DNA of 64,000 bases, from assembly GCA_030829545.1 (NCBI GenBank), contig JAURAI010000001.1, positions 70,234 to 134,233 on the forward strand, read 5' to 3'. Source of the stretch: Poseidonia sp. GTDB lineage: Archaea > Thermoplasmatota > Poseidoniia > Poseidoniales > Poseidoniaceae. Numbering within the stretch: the first letter of the stretch is position 1; every line of letters begins with the position of its first letter. Below the pieces are notes generated by a model. The model saw only the letters and a program-made list of their open reading frames with translations, searched no databases and had not been told where the DNA came from. The translations under genes and the position numbers were made by a program. Shown here piece by piece: positions 1 through 9,876 of the stretch.

Positions 1-901
1 CCCAGTTGGGTTGGGGGATGTTGACTTCACGCGTGGACTCGATTGAGACAATTTTCATCTGCCAGGGAATAAAGATGCACATGGCGTTGAGCGTGGTGGT
101 TTTTCCTGAAGCAGTACCGCCTACGAACAGCATTGGTACTTCGTTTTGGAAGGCAATCCAAAGATAGGCCGTCATCAGGGACGACATGGTTCGGAAGGCA
201 ACAATATCTGCAGGGGAGAACGGGTCGTCTTTGAACCGGCGAATACAGAACGACGAACCACGAGTCGAGATTTCATGGCCGAGTTTCATGACAATTCGAG
301 AACCGTCCATCAGCGTAGCGTCAAGCAAAGGTTCAGCAACGGAGATGTGCTTTCCACAACGTTGTGCTAGTTTGATGACATAGGATTCCAATTCATGGTC
401 GGTTTCCCAAACGCAGGTCGTTTCCACAGATTCGAATTTACGGTGGTATGCGAAAATGGGGACGTTGGTCCCATCCATCGAAATATCTTCAACGTTCACG
501 TCGTTCATGAGCACGTCCATTTTGCCGTAGCCAATGAGGTCGCGTCGGAGGTAATAGAAAATCTTCGACTTGGATTTTTTATTGATTTTCATGCTGTAGG
601 CCGTGATGACCTTGTCCATTGCTGTTCGAACGTAGGCGTCAGGATTAGAATCTATTTCCTCAATATTTGCTGTGAGCGAACGAATGAAAATATCCATGAT
701 TTCGTCCCGTTGCTCCTGCTCTTTCTTGGTGAGGGGCGGTTCAATAATCTGGTAAATGATGTTGAGCGTGGTCTTGTCACGAACAATACGAGCAAAGGCA
801 TGAGGTGGCATGACGGGGTACTTGTCCATCTCGTCGTACTGTGCTCGTTGCTTGGCTCGCTGACGTCGCTCTCCACCACCCTTTTTTCTTGCCATGGTCA
901 T
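1..901 (-). CDS. Type IV pilus/archaellum assembly ATPase (FlaI/PilB/VirB11 family), truncated by the window edge
   Basis: Not in the ORF track because it runs off the edge. Manual translation: MTMARKKGGG...YYLRRDLIGYGKMDVLMNDVNVEDISMDG...PLLDATLMDGSR...IRRF...GGTASGKTTTLNA (Walker A)...IVSIESTRE. These are archaeal secretion-ATPase motifs. Alternative start at 895. Confidence 0.9.
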   Translation of the reverse strand, partial: MTMARKKGGGERRQRAKQRAQYDEMDKYPVMPPHAFARIVRDKTTLNIIYQIIEPPLTKKEQEQRDEIMDIFIRSLTANIEEIDSNPDAYVRTAMDKVITAYSMKINKKSKSKIFYYLRRDLIGYGKMDVLMNDVNVEDISMDGTNVPIFAYHRKFESVETTCVWETDHELESYVIKLAQRCGKHISVAEPLLDATLMDGSRIVMKLGHEISTRGSSFCIRRFKDDPFSPADIVAFRTMSSLMTAYLWIAFQNEVPMLFVGGTASGKTTTLNAMCIFIPWQMKIVSIESTREVNIPQPNW

Positions 902-1016
902 CAACACCGCCGAACGCATTTCGCTACAACATCTCCCCGACTATAACACTTGGGTGAAAATTGCCTCCAAAACGCCCCCCTGCCCACATTTTCAAGCGTG
1001 CCGGTGAGGGCGGAAT

Positions 1017-1598
1017 TTACGCTTCTTTCAGCCCGATGAGCCAAGATGAACAACGCTCTTGCAAATCGTTCAAATCCTCATCGTTGTGCAAAACGACGTT
1101 TGCCTGCTCAATCAATTGGTCAAGGCCCCAGCCACGTTCTCGTTCGTTTCTCGCCTCGAAGGCAGCGCGGTCTCCGTCTTCGGAACGCCCACGCTGCTGA
1201 ATTCTGCTGAAACGAAGTTCGGCGTCAGTGACGATCGCCACCGTTTGGTAGGCCTCGCCCCAGCGGTTGGAAAATACCTCGTCCTCTGCCGTTCCTCTCA
1301 AGCCCTCAATGAGTACGATGTCATGGTCATTCAGAAGCAAATCTACTTCATCGCAAAGACGTACTGCGAGTACATTTTCACCGAACTCTTGGCGCAAGGC
1401 CGCAGCCACTTCGCCGAAAATGTTGGGCGATTCAACGAGCCCCTGCCGTCGAACTTCAGCTCGAATCATGTCGCCCATGGAGACGACAGGAATTCCCGTT
1501 TGAGCCAAGACGGCTGCAAATTCTCCTTTGCCTGAACCGGGCATTCCGCAAACGGCAAAGACCCGAGCCATGAAGGATGGCCTGCGCCCTTCGCTCAT
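1017..1598 (-). CDS. P-loop nucleotide kinase, archaeal UPF0200 / dephospho-CoA-kinase-like
   Basis: GMPGSGKGE Walker A, SMGDMIR, RGRSED, ERERGWG; start may be the downstream Met (MARVFAV). Confidence 0.75.
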   Translation of the reverse strand: MSEGRRPSFMARVFAVCGMPGSGKGEFAAVLAQTGIPVVSMGDMIRAEVRRQGLVESPNIFGEVAAALRQEFGENVLAVRLCDEVDLLLNDHDIVLIEGLRGTAEDEVFSNRWGEAYQTVAIVTDAELRFSRIQQRGRSEDGDRAAFEARNERERGWGLDQLIEQANVVLHNDEDLNDLQERCSSWLIGLKEA

Positions 1599-1627
1599 GA
1601 AGATACCTCAATAAACACCGAGAAAGT

Positions 1628-3325
1628 TCAGTTTGAAAACTCTGAACGGCCCCACCGTCGGTCCATGAGTTTCCACAACACTGCTGATGCAAAAATAAGC
1701 ATGATCGAGATGGTGATCATGCCCATATAGCCTTGCTGAACCATGGTTTCGTCGTACATTTGAGAGGTGGCAGCAAGTCCGTCTTGTGAGGCCCGCTCCC
1801 ACCAGTTGCCGTAGAGAGAGACATCTCCTTGTGTAAAGGAGAGAAGGAATAAGCCGAGAAGGGGAAGAACCGTTCCAATCCAAAACCAGATCATGATCGA
1901 TGCGTCGAAGATCGCCTTGTTGGGACGCAGCCCCATCAAAAATGCAGTCAAGGCCACGATGTAAATCGAATTTGCAAACATCACAATAATGCTCGTTGGC
2001 AAGGATGCCCATTCGTCCAACCGCCAAGCCATCAAGACGATGAAAATCAAAGAGATCCACGATGTTGCAAGGAAGTAAACCACGACCTTTGCTCGGATTA
2101 AATCAGGAACTTTCAACGGAAGTCCGTTCATGAATTCTGGGGAATCAAGAATGGTGAGCCAGGAATAAAAATTGAATCCGAAAAAGCCCAAGAATGGCGC
2201 ATAGGAAAGGAGATTGATGGGGATGGGCGCCTCGGCGAAATCAACAAGCCATGCCATTCCAAGCAACACCAACAGAGGAATGGCGTACGAGACGGTCATC
2301 TTTTTGATGGCACCAGAACGAAAGAGGTCAACGAATTCTTTTGCCACGATCAAACGAACATGACCCCGTCCAAGGAACCTCAACCTGGCATAGGTTGGAG
2401 CTAACAAATCCCCTTGTTCAACGACACTGACATCAAAATCATCGAGAATCAAGAGAGCGGCCACAAAGCCGATGCCGATGGACAACATCAATCCGAGGAT
2501 GATGAATATCCCATTCTGACTTGATTGAGCAGCCAGGCCCCACAGCAAGAGGTTGGAAGGCAATGCCCCAATTCCAATGGCGATGCCCAAGGCGACAATA
2601 GCCACAGGACCGACGATTGTAAAGGGGCGACCTCTCAGCCAAAGCGAGGAAGCAAGGAAGGAAAGCGCCAGACCTTGTCCCAGCGTGGTCGCCATAGCAA
2701 GCCAGGTCCAGGGAAGCGATGACCAGAGAAGCGGTGTGCGAATCCCTGCAAAGCCGTCCATGAGAATACCCAAGGCCATGCCGCTGATGATGGGAGTCAA
2801 AATGAGAAGAACATAGAACAGTAAATCTTTCACGAAATAGGCAAAATGTGCCATTGAATTTGGCAAGGGTTGGAGGGCTGGCGCTGCAAGAAGGTGATTT
2901 TTTGTGCCTGAGCGACGAAGGATGGCGTCTCGACCCATGAAGGCAAAAGTACCCATTCCCAAGGAGAACATGAACAGAGGAAGATGCAGTGCAAAGCGGA
3001 GTTCCTGCCATGTGAATGTTTTAGCGTCCAGATCAGAGGATTGGGCGGTTGAATCACCGACCAGAAATTGCAGACCGATGGTCGAGATGGCGGTGACGAG
3101 CGTGAGCAAGAGCGGAAAAAGGACGATCTGACGCTTCTTGGCAAATTCAACACTCTTGCGAGACTCTTCGATGAACATAACACGGAAGGTGGCAGAGAAT
3201 GCTGCCCACCCACGCAGCGGTTCATTCAGGTTCACATCGTGAGCAGAGGTTCCCAGTCCTCCTTTTTGTTCAAGAACGTCATCGGTCCATGGCCGTGACT
3301 CAATGAACGTACCCGCCACCTTCAT
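1628..3325 (-). CDS. Polytopic membrane protein, probable ABC exporter permease
   Basis: 565 aa with many hydrophobic helices; ATGA overlap with the upstream ABC ATPase. Confidence 0.7.
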   Translation of the reverse strand: MKVAGTFIESRPWTDDVLEQKGGLGTSAHDVNLNEPLRGWAAFSATFRVMFIEESRKSVEFAKKRQIVLFPLLLTLVTAISTIGLQFLVGDSTAQSSDLDAKTFTWQELRFALHLPLFMFSLGMGTFAFMGRDAILRRSGTKNHLLAAPALQPLPNSMAHFAYFVKDLLFYVLLILTPIISGMALGILMDGFAGIRTPLLWSSLPWTWLAMATTLGQGLALSFLASSLWLRGRPFTIVGPVAIVALGIAIGIGALPSNLLLWGLAAQSSQNGIFIILGLMLSIGIGFVAALLILDDFDVSVVEQGDLLAPTYARLRFLGRGHVRLIVAKEFVDLFRSGAIKKMTVSYAIPLLVLLGMAWLVDFAEAPIPINLLSYAPFLGFFGFNFYSWLTILDSPEFMNGLPLKVPDLIRAKVVVYFLATSWISLIFIVLMAWRLDEWASLPTSIIVMFANSIYIVALTAFLMGLRPNKAIFDASIMIWFWIGTVLPLLGLFLLSFTQGDVSLYGNWWERASQDGLAATSQMYDETMVQQGYMGMITISIMLIFASAVLWKLMDRRWGRSEFSN

Positions 3326-4110
3326 TCCTCCGAATCATCGTGTGTTACGCCCTCTTCTTCGTGCCGCTCCACGTCCTCAATCGAACGTCCAACCAGACGA
3401 ATGAAGACGTCCTCAAGAGTTTCATCGGAGGATTGTTTCAAGCCCTTGACCGTTCCAGCGGCAAGGACTCGACCGTCGTTGATAATAGCCATGCGGTTGC
3501 ACATCCGTTCGGCCATCTCAAGAACGTGCGAGCAGAGGAAAATTGTCCCGCCTTCTTCCACGTGATTGAGCAACCATTCTCGGCATTTTCGCTGATAAAT
3601 TGGGTCGAGATTCGCAAAAGGCTCGTCCAGGAACAACAATTTGGGTTTGTGAATGAAGGCACTGGCCAGCATCACCTTTTGGCGCTGACCTTTGGAAAGG
3701 TCCTTGCACATCGTGTCGCGTTTGTCTTGGAGGCCGAACCAGTCCAGCCAATGTTCAACCTTGGCAAGCATGTCGTCCACCCCACGGAGTCGTGCCACAA
3801 ATTCCAGGAATTCTGCGGGCGTGAGGAAGGAAGGTGGCGATTCTGATTCCGGTACGATACCGATGTTGGCTTTGACTTTCTGAGGGTCGTTAACAGCATC
3901 CACGCCAAGAACTTCAATCCGTCCTTTGCTGGGTCGCAGTTGACCTGTTAGGAGTTTGATAAAAGTCGATTTTCCTGCTCCATTAGGTCCGAATACACCG
4001 AAAAACTCACCCGAGTGAACTTCAATATTCAAGGGATGAAGGGCGATGAAATCACCATACTTCTTGGCCATGTCTTGTGCACTGACCAAAGGAGCGCTGG
4101 CCTTACTCAT
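3322..4110 (-). CDS. ABC transporter ATP-binding protein
   Basis: GPNGAGKST, signature LSKGQRQK, Walker B LLFLDEP, H-loop CSH. Confidence 0.95.
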   Translation of the reverse strand: MSKASAPLVSAQDMAKKYGDFIALHPLNIEVHSGEFFGVFGPNGAGKSTFIKLLTGQLRPSKGRIEVLGVDAVNDPQKVKANIGIVPESESPPSFLTPAEFLEFVARLRGVDDMLAKVEHWLDWFGLQDKRDTMCKDLSKGQRQKVMLASAFIHKPKLLFLDEPFANLDPIYQRKCREWLLNHVEEGGTIFLCSHVLEMAERMCNRMAIINDGRVLAAGTVKGLKQSSDETLEDVFIRLVGRSIEDVERHEEEGVTHDDSEE

Positions 4111-4204
4111 GGTCGGCTTAGAAGGGTGCCAAATATCATACCTTGGTTGGCCATCATTGGAGAAGGGGCGATGAGATATTGAAGAAGGACATCATGGCAG
4201 AATC

Positions 4205-5047
4205 ATGAACCCACCGGAAAGTGATGTGCTCAACATTGAACTCCACGCCATCAATGAGGAGCTTGAACTCGGATTTTTCGCATGCCTTAGCATCAATCGA
4301 CCCGACAAAATGAATGCGCTCAACGCCGAAGTCATGAACGATCTAAAAGCCATGTGTGCTTGGGTAGAGGCACGTGAAGATGTCCGCTGTTTGGTCGTTA
4401 CCGGAGCACCACCCAACGAGCCACCCGAGGGCAAGCGATCAAAACCTCATGCCTTCGTAGCCGGCGCAGACATTACCGAATTCGTTGGAGCCGGGAGTGA
4501 AACGATTCGGGTCAAATTCACCGACAATGCTGTAGAGGCACTGTGGAATCTAAGCAAACCAACCATTGCCATGGTCGACGGTTTCGCATTGGGTGGAGGC
4601 TGTGAAGTCGCCTGCTCGTGCGACATTCGTATCGCCAGTAACCGCTCTAAATTCGGCACGCCCGAAATCAACTTGGGGCTCATTCCAGGCTACGGCGCTA
4701 CTCAGCGTTTGGAACGCCTGGTAGGTTACGGCAAGGCCCATGAGATGATCATGACTGGAGAAATGGTCAACGCTGAGGAAGCACAACGCATCGGTTTGGT
4801 CAATCACGTTGTGGAACCAAATGAATTGGAAGCCACCGTGTTCAAGATGGCCCGAACCATTGGTAGCAAATCCTCCCATGCTCTTCGAGTTGGCAAAGAA
4901 ACACTGCGAACTGCCCTCGATGTCAGCCTCACCGAAGGCGTGGCTGTTGAGGCTGAGGCCTTTGCTGGGTTGTTTGACAGTGAAGACAAAGAAATCGGAG
5001 TTCAGGCTTTCATCAACCGAACGACCCCTGAATGGAAGCACAAGTGA
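4205..5047 (+). CDS. Enoyl-CoA hydratase/isomerase (crotonase family)
   Basis: INRPDKMNAL, FVAGADI, ALGGGCE, FGTPEINLGLIPGYGATQRL. Confidence 0.95.
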   Translation: MNPPESDVLNIELHAINEELELGFFACLSINRPDKMNALNAEVMNDLKAMCAWVEAREDVRCLVVTGAPPNEPPEGKRSKPHAFVAGADITEFVGAGSETIRVKFTDNAVEALWNLSKPTIAMVDGFALGGGCEVACSCDIRIASNRSKFGTPEINLGLIPGYGATQRLERLVGYGKAHEMIMTGEMVNAEEAQRIGLVNHVVEPNELEATVFKMARTIGSKSSHALRVGKETLRTALDVSLTEGVAVEAEAFAGLFDSEDKEIGVQAFINRTTPEWKHK

Positions 5048-5048
5048 A

Positions 5049-5132
5049 ACGGCTTGCTGCTACAAAACGTCGAGCCTGACGGCCGTGTGAGAGGGGGCCA
5101 ATGCCCCCCCTCTGCCCGAGAGACTGCTCGGG
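5049..5132. other. Three GC-rich stem-loops between convergent genes (terminator or structured 3' UTR)
   Basis: ACGGC(5049)/GCCGT(5082), AGAGGGGG(5090)/CCCCCTCT(5106), CCCGAG(5115)/CTCGGG(5127). Confidence 0.45.
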
Positions 5133-5154
5133 AACAGCGTTGGTAAGGACAACC

Positions 5155-5598
5155 TCAACCCTTGGTGTATCGAATCCCTCGAAGTTTGAGGTACTCGAAG
5201 AAATGCGCAAGATGCCGATTGTGCTTCTTGCGAAACCAATGTTCAATCACTACAACATCCGGAGAGGTTGATAGTGGACTGAAGGCCCATTTAGGCCGTT
5301 GCATCAATTCATTCAACATTCCTTCGTTCTTCACTGCCATTTCATCAGGTGAACCGCAGCAAGGACCCGTTGGGATTCTCTTAATTGGGATTCCCTTTCG
5401 GACCGCATCTTCCACTTTCATCTGCTTTGCTTCACGTTCACCGCTGTCTTGCTCTTGAGATTTAGCGCCTTGATGCTCAGCCGACCGTTGCTGTCGAACG
5501 TGGGGTTTCAACTCATGTCGCCTAGTTTCAGAATTGTACCGATAATCCCGGTTGTTTTTGTTGCCCTTCTTTTTTCTGCCTTTCTTGTTATCTTTCAT
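5155..5598 (-). CDS. Hypothetical basic protein (K/R-rich N-terminus)
   Basis: 147 aa ORF with GGAG SD before ATG; fills an otherwise empty intergenic space; no family recognised. Confidence 0.65.
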   Translation of the reverse strand: MKDNKKGRKKKGNKNNRDYRYNSETRRHELKPHVRQQRSAEHQGAKSQEQDSGEREAKQMKVEDAVRKGIPIKRIPTGPCCGSPDEMAVKNEGMLNELMQRPKWAFSPLSTSPDVVVIEHWFRKKHNRHLAHFFEYLKLRGIRYTKG

Positions 5599-5778
5599 GT
5601 TTTAATCTCCATACTTCCAATGCTTTGCCAATCGTACTGCGCAGAAACGCGCACAAACACCGCCACTTGGCGATGCGGCGCTTCCGCATGTCGTTCGCAT
5701 TAGCTCGTCTTGGCTGTGGAGATCAATTCATGATGGGGCCTCTCTTGCAGATCTGCACTTATAATTTGGACATCAGAG

Positions 5779-5788
5779 TATATAAAAG
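5779..5788 (-). promoter_or_regulatory. Archaeal TATA box, probably for the 5155..5598 gene
   Basis: CTTTTATATA on the minus strand; perfect palindrome TGCAGATCTGCA at 5746-5757 near the expected start site. Confidence 0.5.
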
Positions 5789-5841
5789 GTCCACATGGGA
5801 CTCTGTTAAAACTCTGGACGATGCTGAATAAGATGAACAAA

Positions 5842-6747
5842 TTATTCGTTCATTTCATCTCGTAGCGCTGCCAAAGCACCGCTTGCACTGGGAAGAGGAG
5901 GCAGCGTCAATGGCATACCATCAGGGCCAACCAAGGGAGGTAATTCCTTCCCATCAGAGCCCATGATTACGGGCATGGTTGGTTCGGGCTTTGCTTGCTC
6001 AACGGATTCAAACCCTACGTCGAGAGGCAAGCGTAATTTGAGGATGCGGCCCTCATCAATTCGGATAAAAGTTGCACCGTAGACATGCCCTGGTTCGGGG
6101 TGCTCGGGTTCAACCATGACAGAATGGCCGTGTCCGGGCGTTTGGAGCAAGGCAACGAGGTCTTCACCCGATGCATGGTCCTCCCACATGCGCGCGGTCG
6201 AGGCTCGGATTTCGGCCATTTGCCCCATACGGCGACGCTTGATGCGTTCTCTGATGGCTTCATGACGTTGACGGCGGTCGGTCACCGTCATTTCAATATC
6301 AGCGTCTTCAACTGATTCCGGACTCACGTCAACCACATATTCATCGGCAACGTGAACGTCTTCAATCTCGACTTCTATTTCTTCACCCTGCGATAGCATG
6401 GCTGCTTGAGCGGCCTCGGCAGCGGCTATTTTCGCCAACTTGCGTTCTCGAAGTGTTGCCCCGTCAAGAGAGTCAACGACTACTGGAGCGGGAAGATCAT
6501 CCTCTTCCTCATCTTCAGTTTCTACGACAACTTCGGGTTGAACTTGAGCCACAGGTTGAGGGCGTGGCCGTTGGCGTTGTTGAGCAGCGGATGGTGCACC
6601 GCCCAAGTTGACCCACAGAAAGGCAAGAACACCCATTGCTCCAACAAAACCCCACTTTGCTTCATCGGTCAATTGACCGACCGTGGAGAGATAAAATGCA
6701 AGCACGGAGACAAAGAGCAAACCTACGACGGTCCTCGTAAACCCCAT
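5842..6747 (-). CDS. Hypothetical membrane-anchored protein (2 N-terminal TM helices, acidic/Pro-rich body)
   Basis: 301 aa ORF with coding-like composition. Confidence 0.75.
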   Translation of the reverse strand: MGFTRTVVGLLFVSVLAFYLSTVGQLTDEAKWGFVGAMGVLAFLWVNLGGAPSAAQQRQRPRPQPVAQVQPEVVVETEDEEEDDLPAPVVVDSLDGATLRERKLAKIAAAEAAQAAMLSQGEEIEVEIEDVHVADEYVVDVSPESVEDADIEMTVTDRRQRHEAIRERIKRRRMGQMAEIRASTARMWEDHASGEDLVALLQTPGHGHSVMVEPEHPEPGHVYGATFIRIDEGRILKLRLPLDVGFESVEQAKPEPTMPVIMGSDGKELPPLVGPDGMPLTLPPLPSASGALAALRDEMNE

Positions 6748-6820
6748 GTCCCTCAGCCAGCCGACTCATTGATGCTTTATGACGGTGATGGAGGGACTCG
6801 TCGTAAGATGGATGAAGCCT

Positions 6821-7471
6821 TCAGGGCAATTGTTCCAACAACTGCTCAAGCGCACGCCTGCGGTGGCTGAAGCGGTGTTTCACATCGATTTCAACGCCTC
6901 CAAAAGCCATCCCGTGGGTGCTTGTCGGTCCAAGTTCGCCTGCTGGGAGTGGTTGGCCGAAGTCATCCAAATCGAGCGGCACGAAAACAGGGTCATAGCC
7001 AAAACCGTGACCTTCATGGATTTCGCTTGCAAGCGAACCCGGACATTCGCCAAGGCCGACGAGCATGGACTTCCCATCCCAAAGTGCGGCAACTGCATGA
7101 TAGGAAGCTGCTCTCAAGTTCTTGTGCTGAACGGGGTCCTCACTCTCCAAATGTGTCAAGAGGCGCAGGAGACCTTGGCATCCAATCGTTTCGTGAACAT
7201 AGGACGAGTAAACACCTGGAAAACCATCCAGGGCGTTGATAAACAACCCCGAGTCCTCAACCATGACCATGGCATCTGAACTTGGAAGGTGTGCTTTGGC
7301 TTGTTCAAGTTTTGAAATCGCAATGTCCTGCAGGGAGTCAGATTGTGGTTCAACAATTGCACCTTCTGGAACGACGAGTTGTTCAATGGTATAGCCCAGT
7401 GGACCAAAATGAAGTTGCGCTTCTTCCAATTTGCCAGGGTTGCTGGTGAGAAACCACACGGTTGCTTCCAT
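6821..7471 (-). CDS. rdgB: Non-canonical purine NTP pyrophosphatase (XTP/dITP diphosphatase, RdgB/HAM1)
   Basis: TSNPGKLEE, EDSGLFINALDGFPGVYS, GFGYDPVF, SHRRRAL; start trimmed to MEATVWF. Confidence 0.92.
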   Translation of the reverse strand: MEATVWFLTSNPGKLEEAQLHFGPLGYTIEQLVVPEGAIVEPQSDSLQDIAISKLEQAKAHLPSSDAMVMVEDSGLFINALDGFPGVYSSYVHETIGCQGLLRLLTHLESEDPVQHKNLRAASYHAVAALWDGKSMLVGLGECPGSLASEIHEGHGFGYDPVFVPLDLDDFGQPLPAGELGPTSTHGMAFGGVEIDVKHRFSHRRRALEQLLEQLP

Positions 7472-7582
7472 GCATATCCCAACCCCATGCAGCATATGAC
7501 CATGACTCTTGCATGTACAAAGGAAGATGATACATCGGTCAAAATGGACTACGTTCATAGCCTCAAGACTCAACCGCAAGGC

Positions 7583-7963
7583 ATGGTCTCCGACTGGATG
7601 GTAGTAGCACTTGGTGGCGCTATTGGCGCCGTTCTTCGCTTTTATGTGAGCGAAACTGTCTCCTCTGAAGGCTTTCCTTGGGCAACGCTCACTGTCAATC
7701 TGATCGGGTCTCTCTTGTTGGGCGTGATGACTGCAGCAGTTGCTGCCAGCACCCTCAGCGAAACGCAAGCTCTGCTCCTTGGAACCGGCATCTTGGGGGC
7801 ATTTACAACACTCTCAACCTTCTCGGTGGAAACCGCTACGCTCTATGATGAAGAGAAATGGTCCTCACTGCTCGGCTATGTTGCTTCCTCTGCCCTCGGT
7901 GGACCCTTGCTTGCTCTCGTAGGATGGAGGGTGGGAAGCAGCGTTCTTTTCCCGCTCACTTGA
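7583..7963 (+). CDS. crcB: Fluoride efflux channel CrcB/Fluc
   Basis: ALGGAIGAVLR, FPWATLTVNLIGS, GILGAFTTLSTF; start trimmed to MVSDW. Confidence 0.92.
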   Translation: MVSDWMVVALGGAIGAVLRFYVSETVSSEGFPWATLTVNLIGSLLLGVMTAAVAASTLSETQALLLGTGILGAFTTLSTFSVETATLYDEEKWSSLLGYVASSALGGPLLALVGWRVGSSVLFPLT

Positions 7964-9119
7964 GGATAGCAAGCATGCGGTTTAATGCAAGAAGAGAGCC
8001 CTCTTGGACCTCTTCTGGAACACTGACTTGGTTGGGGATTTCACCGTTCACCAAGCGTTCGAGAACGTCCATGAGATAGGCTGGATGAATCATGTACATG
8101 GTTGAACAAGGACAAATTTCGTCGTCAAGGCATTCAATGTGCTTGTCTGGATGCTCCCGCGCCAGCCGTGCAACCATGTTGATTTCAGTTCCAATTGCCA
8201 CGTTTGAACCAGCAGGCAGGTCATTGACATAGTTGCGAATATACTGGGTTGAACCGTTGGTATCTGCGAGTTCAACGGTCTCTTTAGGACACTCGGGGTG
8301 TACCACCACAAGTCCGTCAGGATATTGCGAGCGGAAGTCGTGTATTTGTTGAGGCGTGAAACGCTTGTGAACGGAACAAAAGCCGTGCCAAAGAATGATG
8401 CGTGAGTCTTTGATTTCACCCATGGCCCCAATCCCTGGCGTCCAAGTAGGCATTTTTTCTTCGCTGATACCCATGGCCAAACCCGTATTTCTTCCAAGAT
8501 GTTGGTCGGGGAAAAACAACACCGCACCATTGGGACCTGCACGCTCAAAAGCCCAATTCAACACGCCTTGAGCGTTGGAAGACGTACAAACCACGCCACC
8601 ATGACGGCCGACAAAATCCTTCAAATCAGCGCTTGAATTCATGTAGGTCACCGGTACCAAATAAGCTTCGCCATCCTCTGCTGGATGTTCTGGGTGATCT
8701 CTGTCAATCGGGTCATTCAATCCCGATTCTGCGAGTATATCGGCCCAAGCAACCTCTACTTCGCTCAGGGTTGCCATGTCCGCCATCGAACAACCAGCTC
8801 TCATGTTGGGAAGAATCACTGACTGGTCTTTTGAGGTGAGAATATCAGCAGATTCGGCCATGAAGTGAACGCCACAAAAGACGATGTACTTGGCGGAGGA
8901 ATCTGCTGCTTTTTGACTGAGCATGAAGGAATCGCCGAGGAAATCTGCATGCATCACAATACTGTCTCGTTGATAATGATGGCCGAGAATCAACAAGTCC
9001 TCGCCAAGCTGCTTCTTCAAGTCTTGAATGTGGTCGGCAATGGCCTGTTCTTCCATGGACAGCGAGGTGTCCATGAAGTCAACAGAACACATCGGTAGGC
9101 TAATGCTCATGGCTCTCAT
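7956..9119 (-). CDS. nadA: Quinolinate synthase
   Basis: ILGHHYQ, FCGVHFMAES, AGCSMAD, TYMNSSA, CTSSNA, PDQHLGRN, HPEC; start 9110 or 9119. Confidence 0.95.
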   Translation of the reverse strand: MRAMSISLPMCSVDFMDTSLSMEEQAIADHIQDLKKQLGEDLLILGHHYQRDSIVMHADFLGDSFMLSQKAADSSAKYIVFCGVHFMAESADILTSKDQSVILPNMRAGCSMADMATLSEVEVAWADILAESGLNDPIDRDHPEHPAEDGEAYLVPVTYMNSSADLKDFVGRHGGVVCTSSNAQGVLNWAFERAGPNGAVLFFPDQHLGRNTGLAMGISEEKMPTWTPGIGAMGEIKDSRIILWHGFCSVHKRFTPQQIHDFRSQYPDGLVVVHPECPKETVELADTNGSTQYIRNYVNDLPAGSNVAIGTEINMVARLAREHPDKHIECLDDEICPCSTMYMIHPAYLMDVLERLVNGEIPNQVSVPEEVQEGSLLALNRMLAILK

Positions 9120-9195
9120 GTAACCCAAGCCTTTACCCTTTTTGAATGAACGGATAGGGCGTGAAGTTTGAAAACACCCATCGGTTGCGCAGAAC

Positions 9196-9876
9196 ATGGC
9201 CTTCCATGCCACCCAACGACTGCACCTCGGTGCGGAAGCAGAAGTTTGGAAGGGGACATGGTTCGGAAACGAGGCCGTCAGGAAACAACGACGGCCGCGT
9301 GCGTGGCGTCACCCAAACCTCGACCACCGGTTGGGCGTACGGCGGATGGTCAGCGAAGCACGATTGCTCGTGAAAATACGACGATGTGGGCTCTCAGTAC
9401 CTGCAGTTTGGGATTTGGACTATGAGGGTGGCCAATTGATCATCGAGTATCTTCAAGGCCGCCCCTTAATCGAGGTACTCAACGATGAAACGACAACCGA
9501 AGAGATGGTTGAGTTCATTCTTCAGCGCGTGGGTGCGAGCGTGCGTCGCCTCCATCGAGAAGCCGTCACACATGGAGACCTTTCGACCAATAACATCCTC
9601 ATTGATGGGGACCGGGTCCACCTCATTGATTTCGGCCTTGCTTCCATCGAATACGATGTCGAGCGATTTGGCATTGACCTGCATGTACTGGATGAAATTT
9701 TAGGCGCTTCTCATCCACAGTGGGAAGGTGCAATTGACCATGTCATCGATGGCTACCTCAAGGCTGAAAGTGAGATGGGCGAGGCTCCGATCCTGCAAGG
9801 AGGAAAGGTTCCCTCTGCCAAAGAAGTTCACACGCGACTCGAGGATGTACGTACTCGCGTTCGCTATCACGGCTGA
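9196..9876 (+). CDS. bud32: KEOPS complex kinase Bud32
   Basis: GAEA, HGDLSTNN, IDFGLA, C-terminal RVRY tail. Confidence 0.88.
   Translation: MAFHATQRLHLGAEAEVWKGTWFGNEAVRKQRRPRAWRHPNLDHRLGVRRMVSEARLLVKIRRCGLSVPAVWDLDYEGGQLIIEYLQGRPLIEVLNDETTTEEMVEFILQRVGASVRRLHREAVTHGDLSTNNILIDGDRVHLIDFGLASIEYDVERFGIDLHVLDEILGASHPQWEGAIDHVIDGYLKAESEMGEAPILQGGKVPSAKEVHTRLEDVRTRVRYHG

Noticed and set aside
395-946. 183-aa plus-strand ORF
   Set aside because: Antisense shadow of the secretion ATPase on the minus strand.
1017-1598. Flagellar FliE label suggested by proximity to the FlaI-like gene
   Set aside because: The protein is a P-loop kinase; FliE is a known mis-annotation of this archaeal family.
7472-7582. 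Fluoride riboswitch upstream of crcB
   Set aside because: No GGCGATGG...TTCGCC or TGATGAC..CTAC consensus visible; the region fits two divergent promoters.
6821-9212. Apparent large overlaps among rdgB, crcB, nadA and bud32 in the ORF track
   Set aside because: Artefacts of longest-start calling; they vanish when starts are trimmed to the conserved domains.
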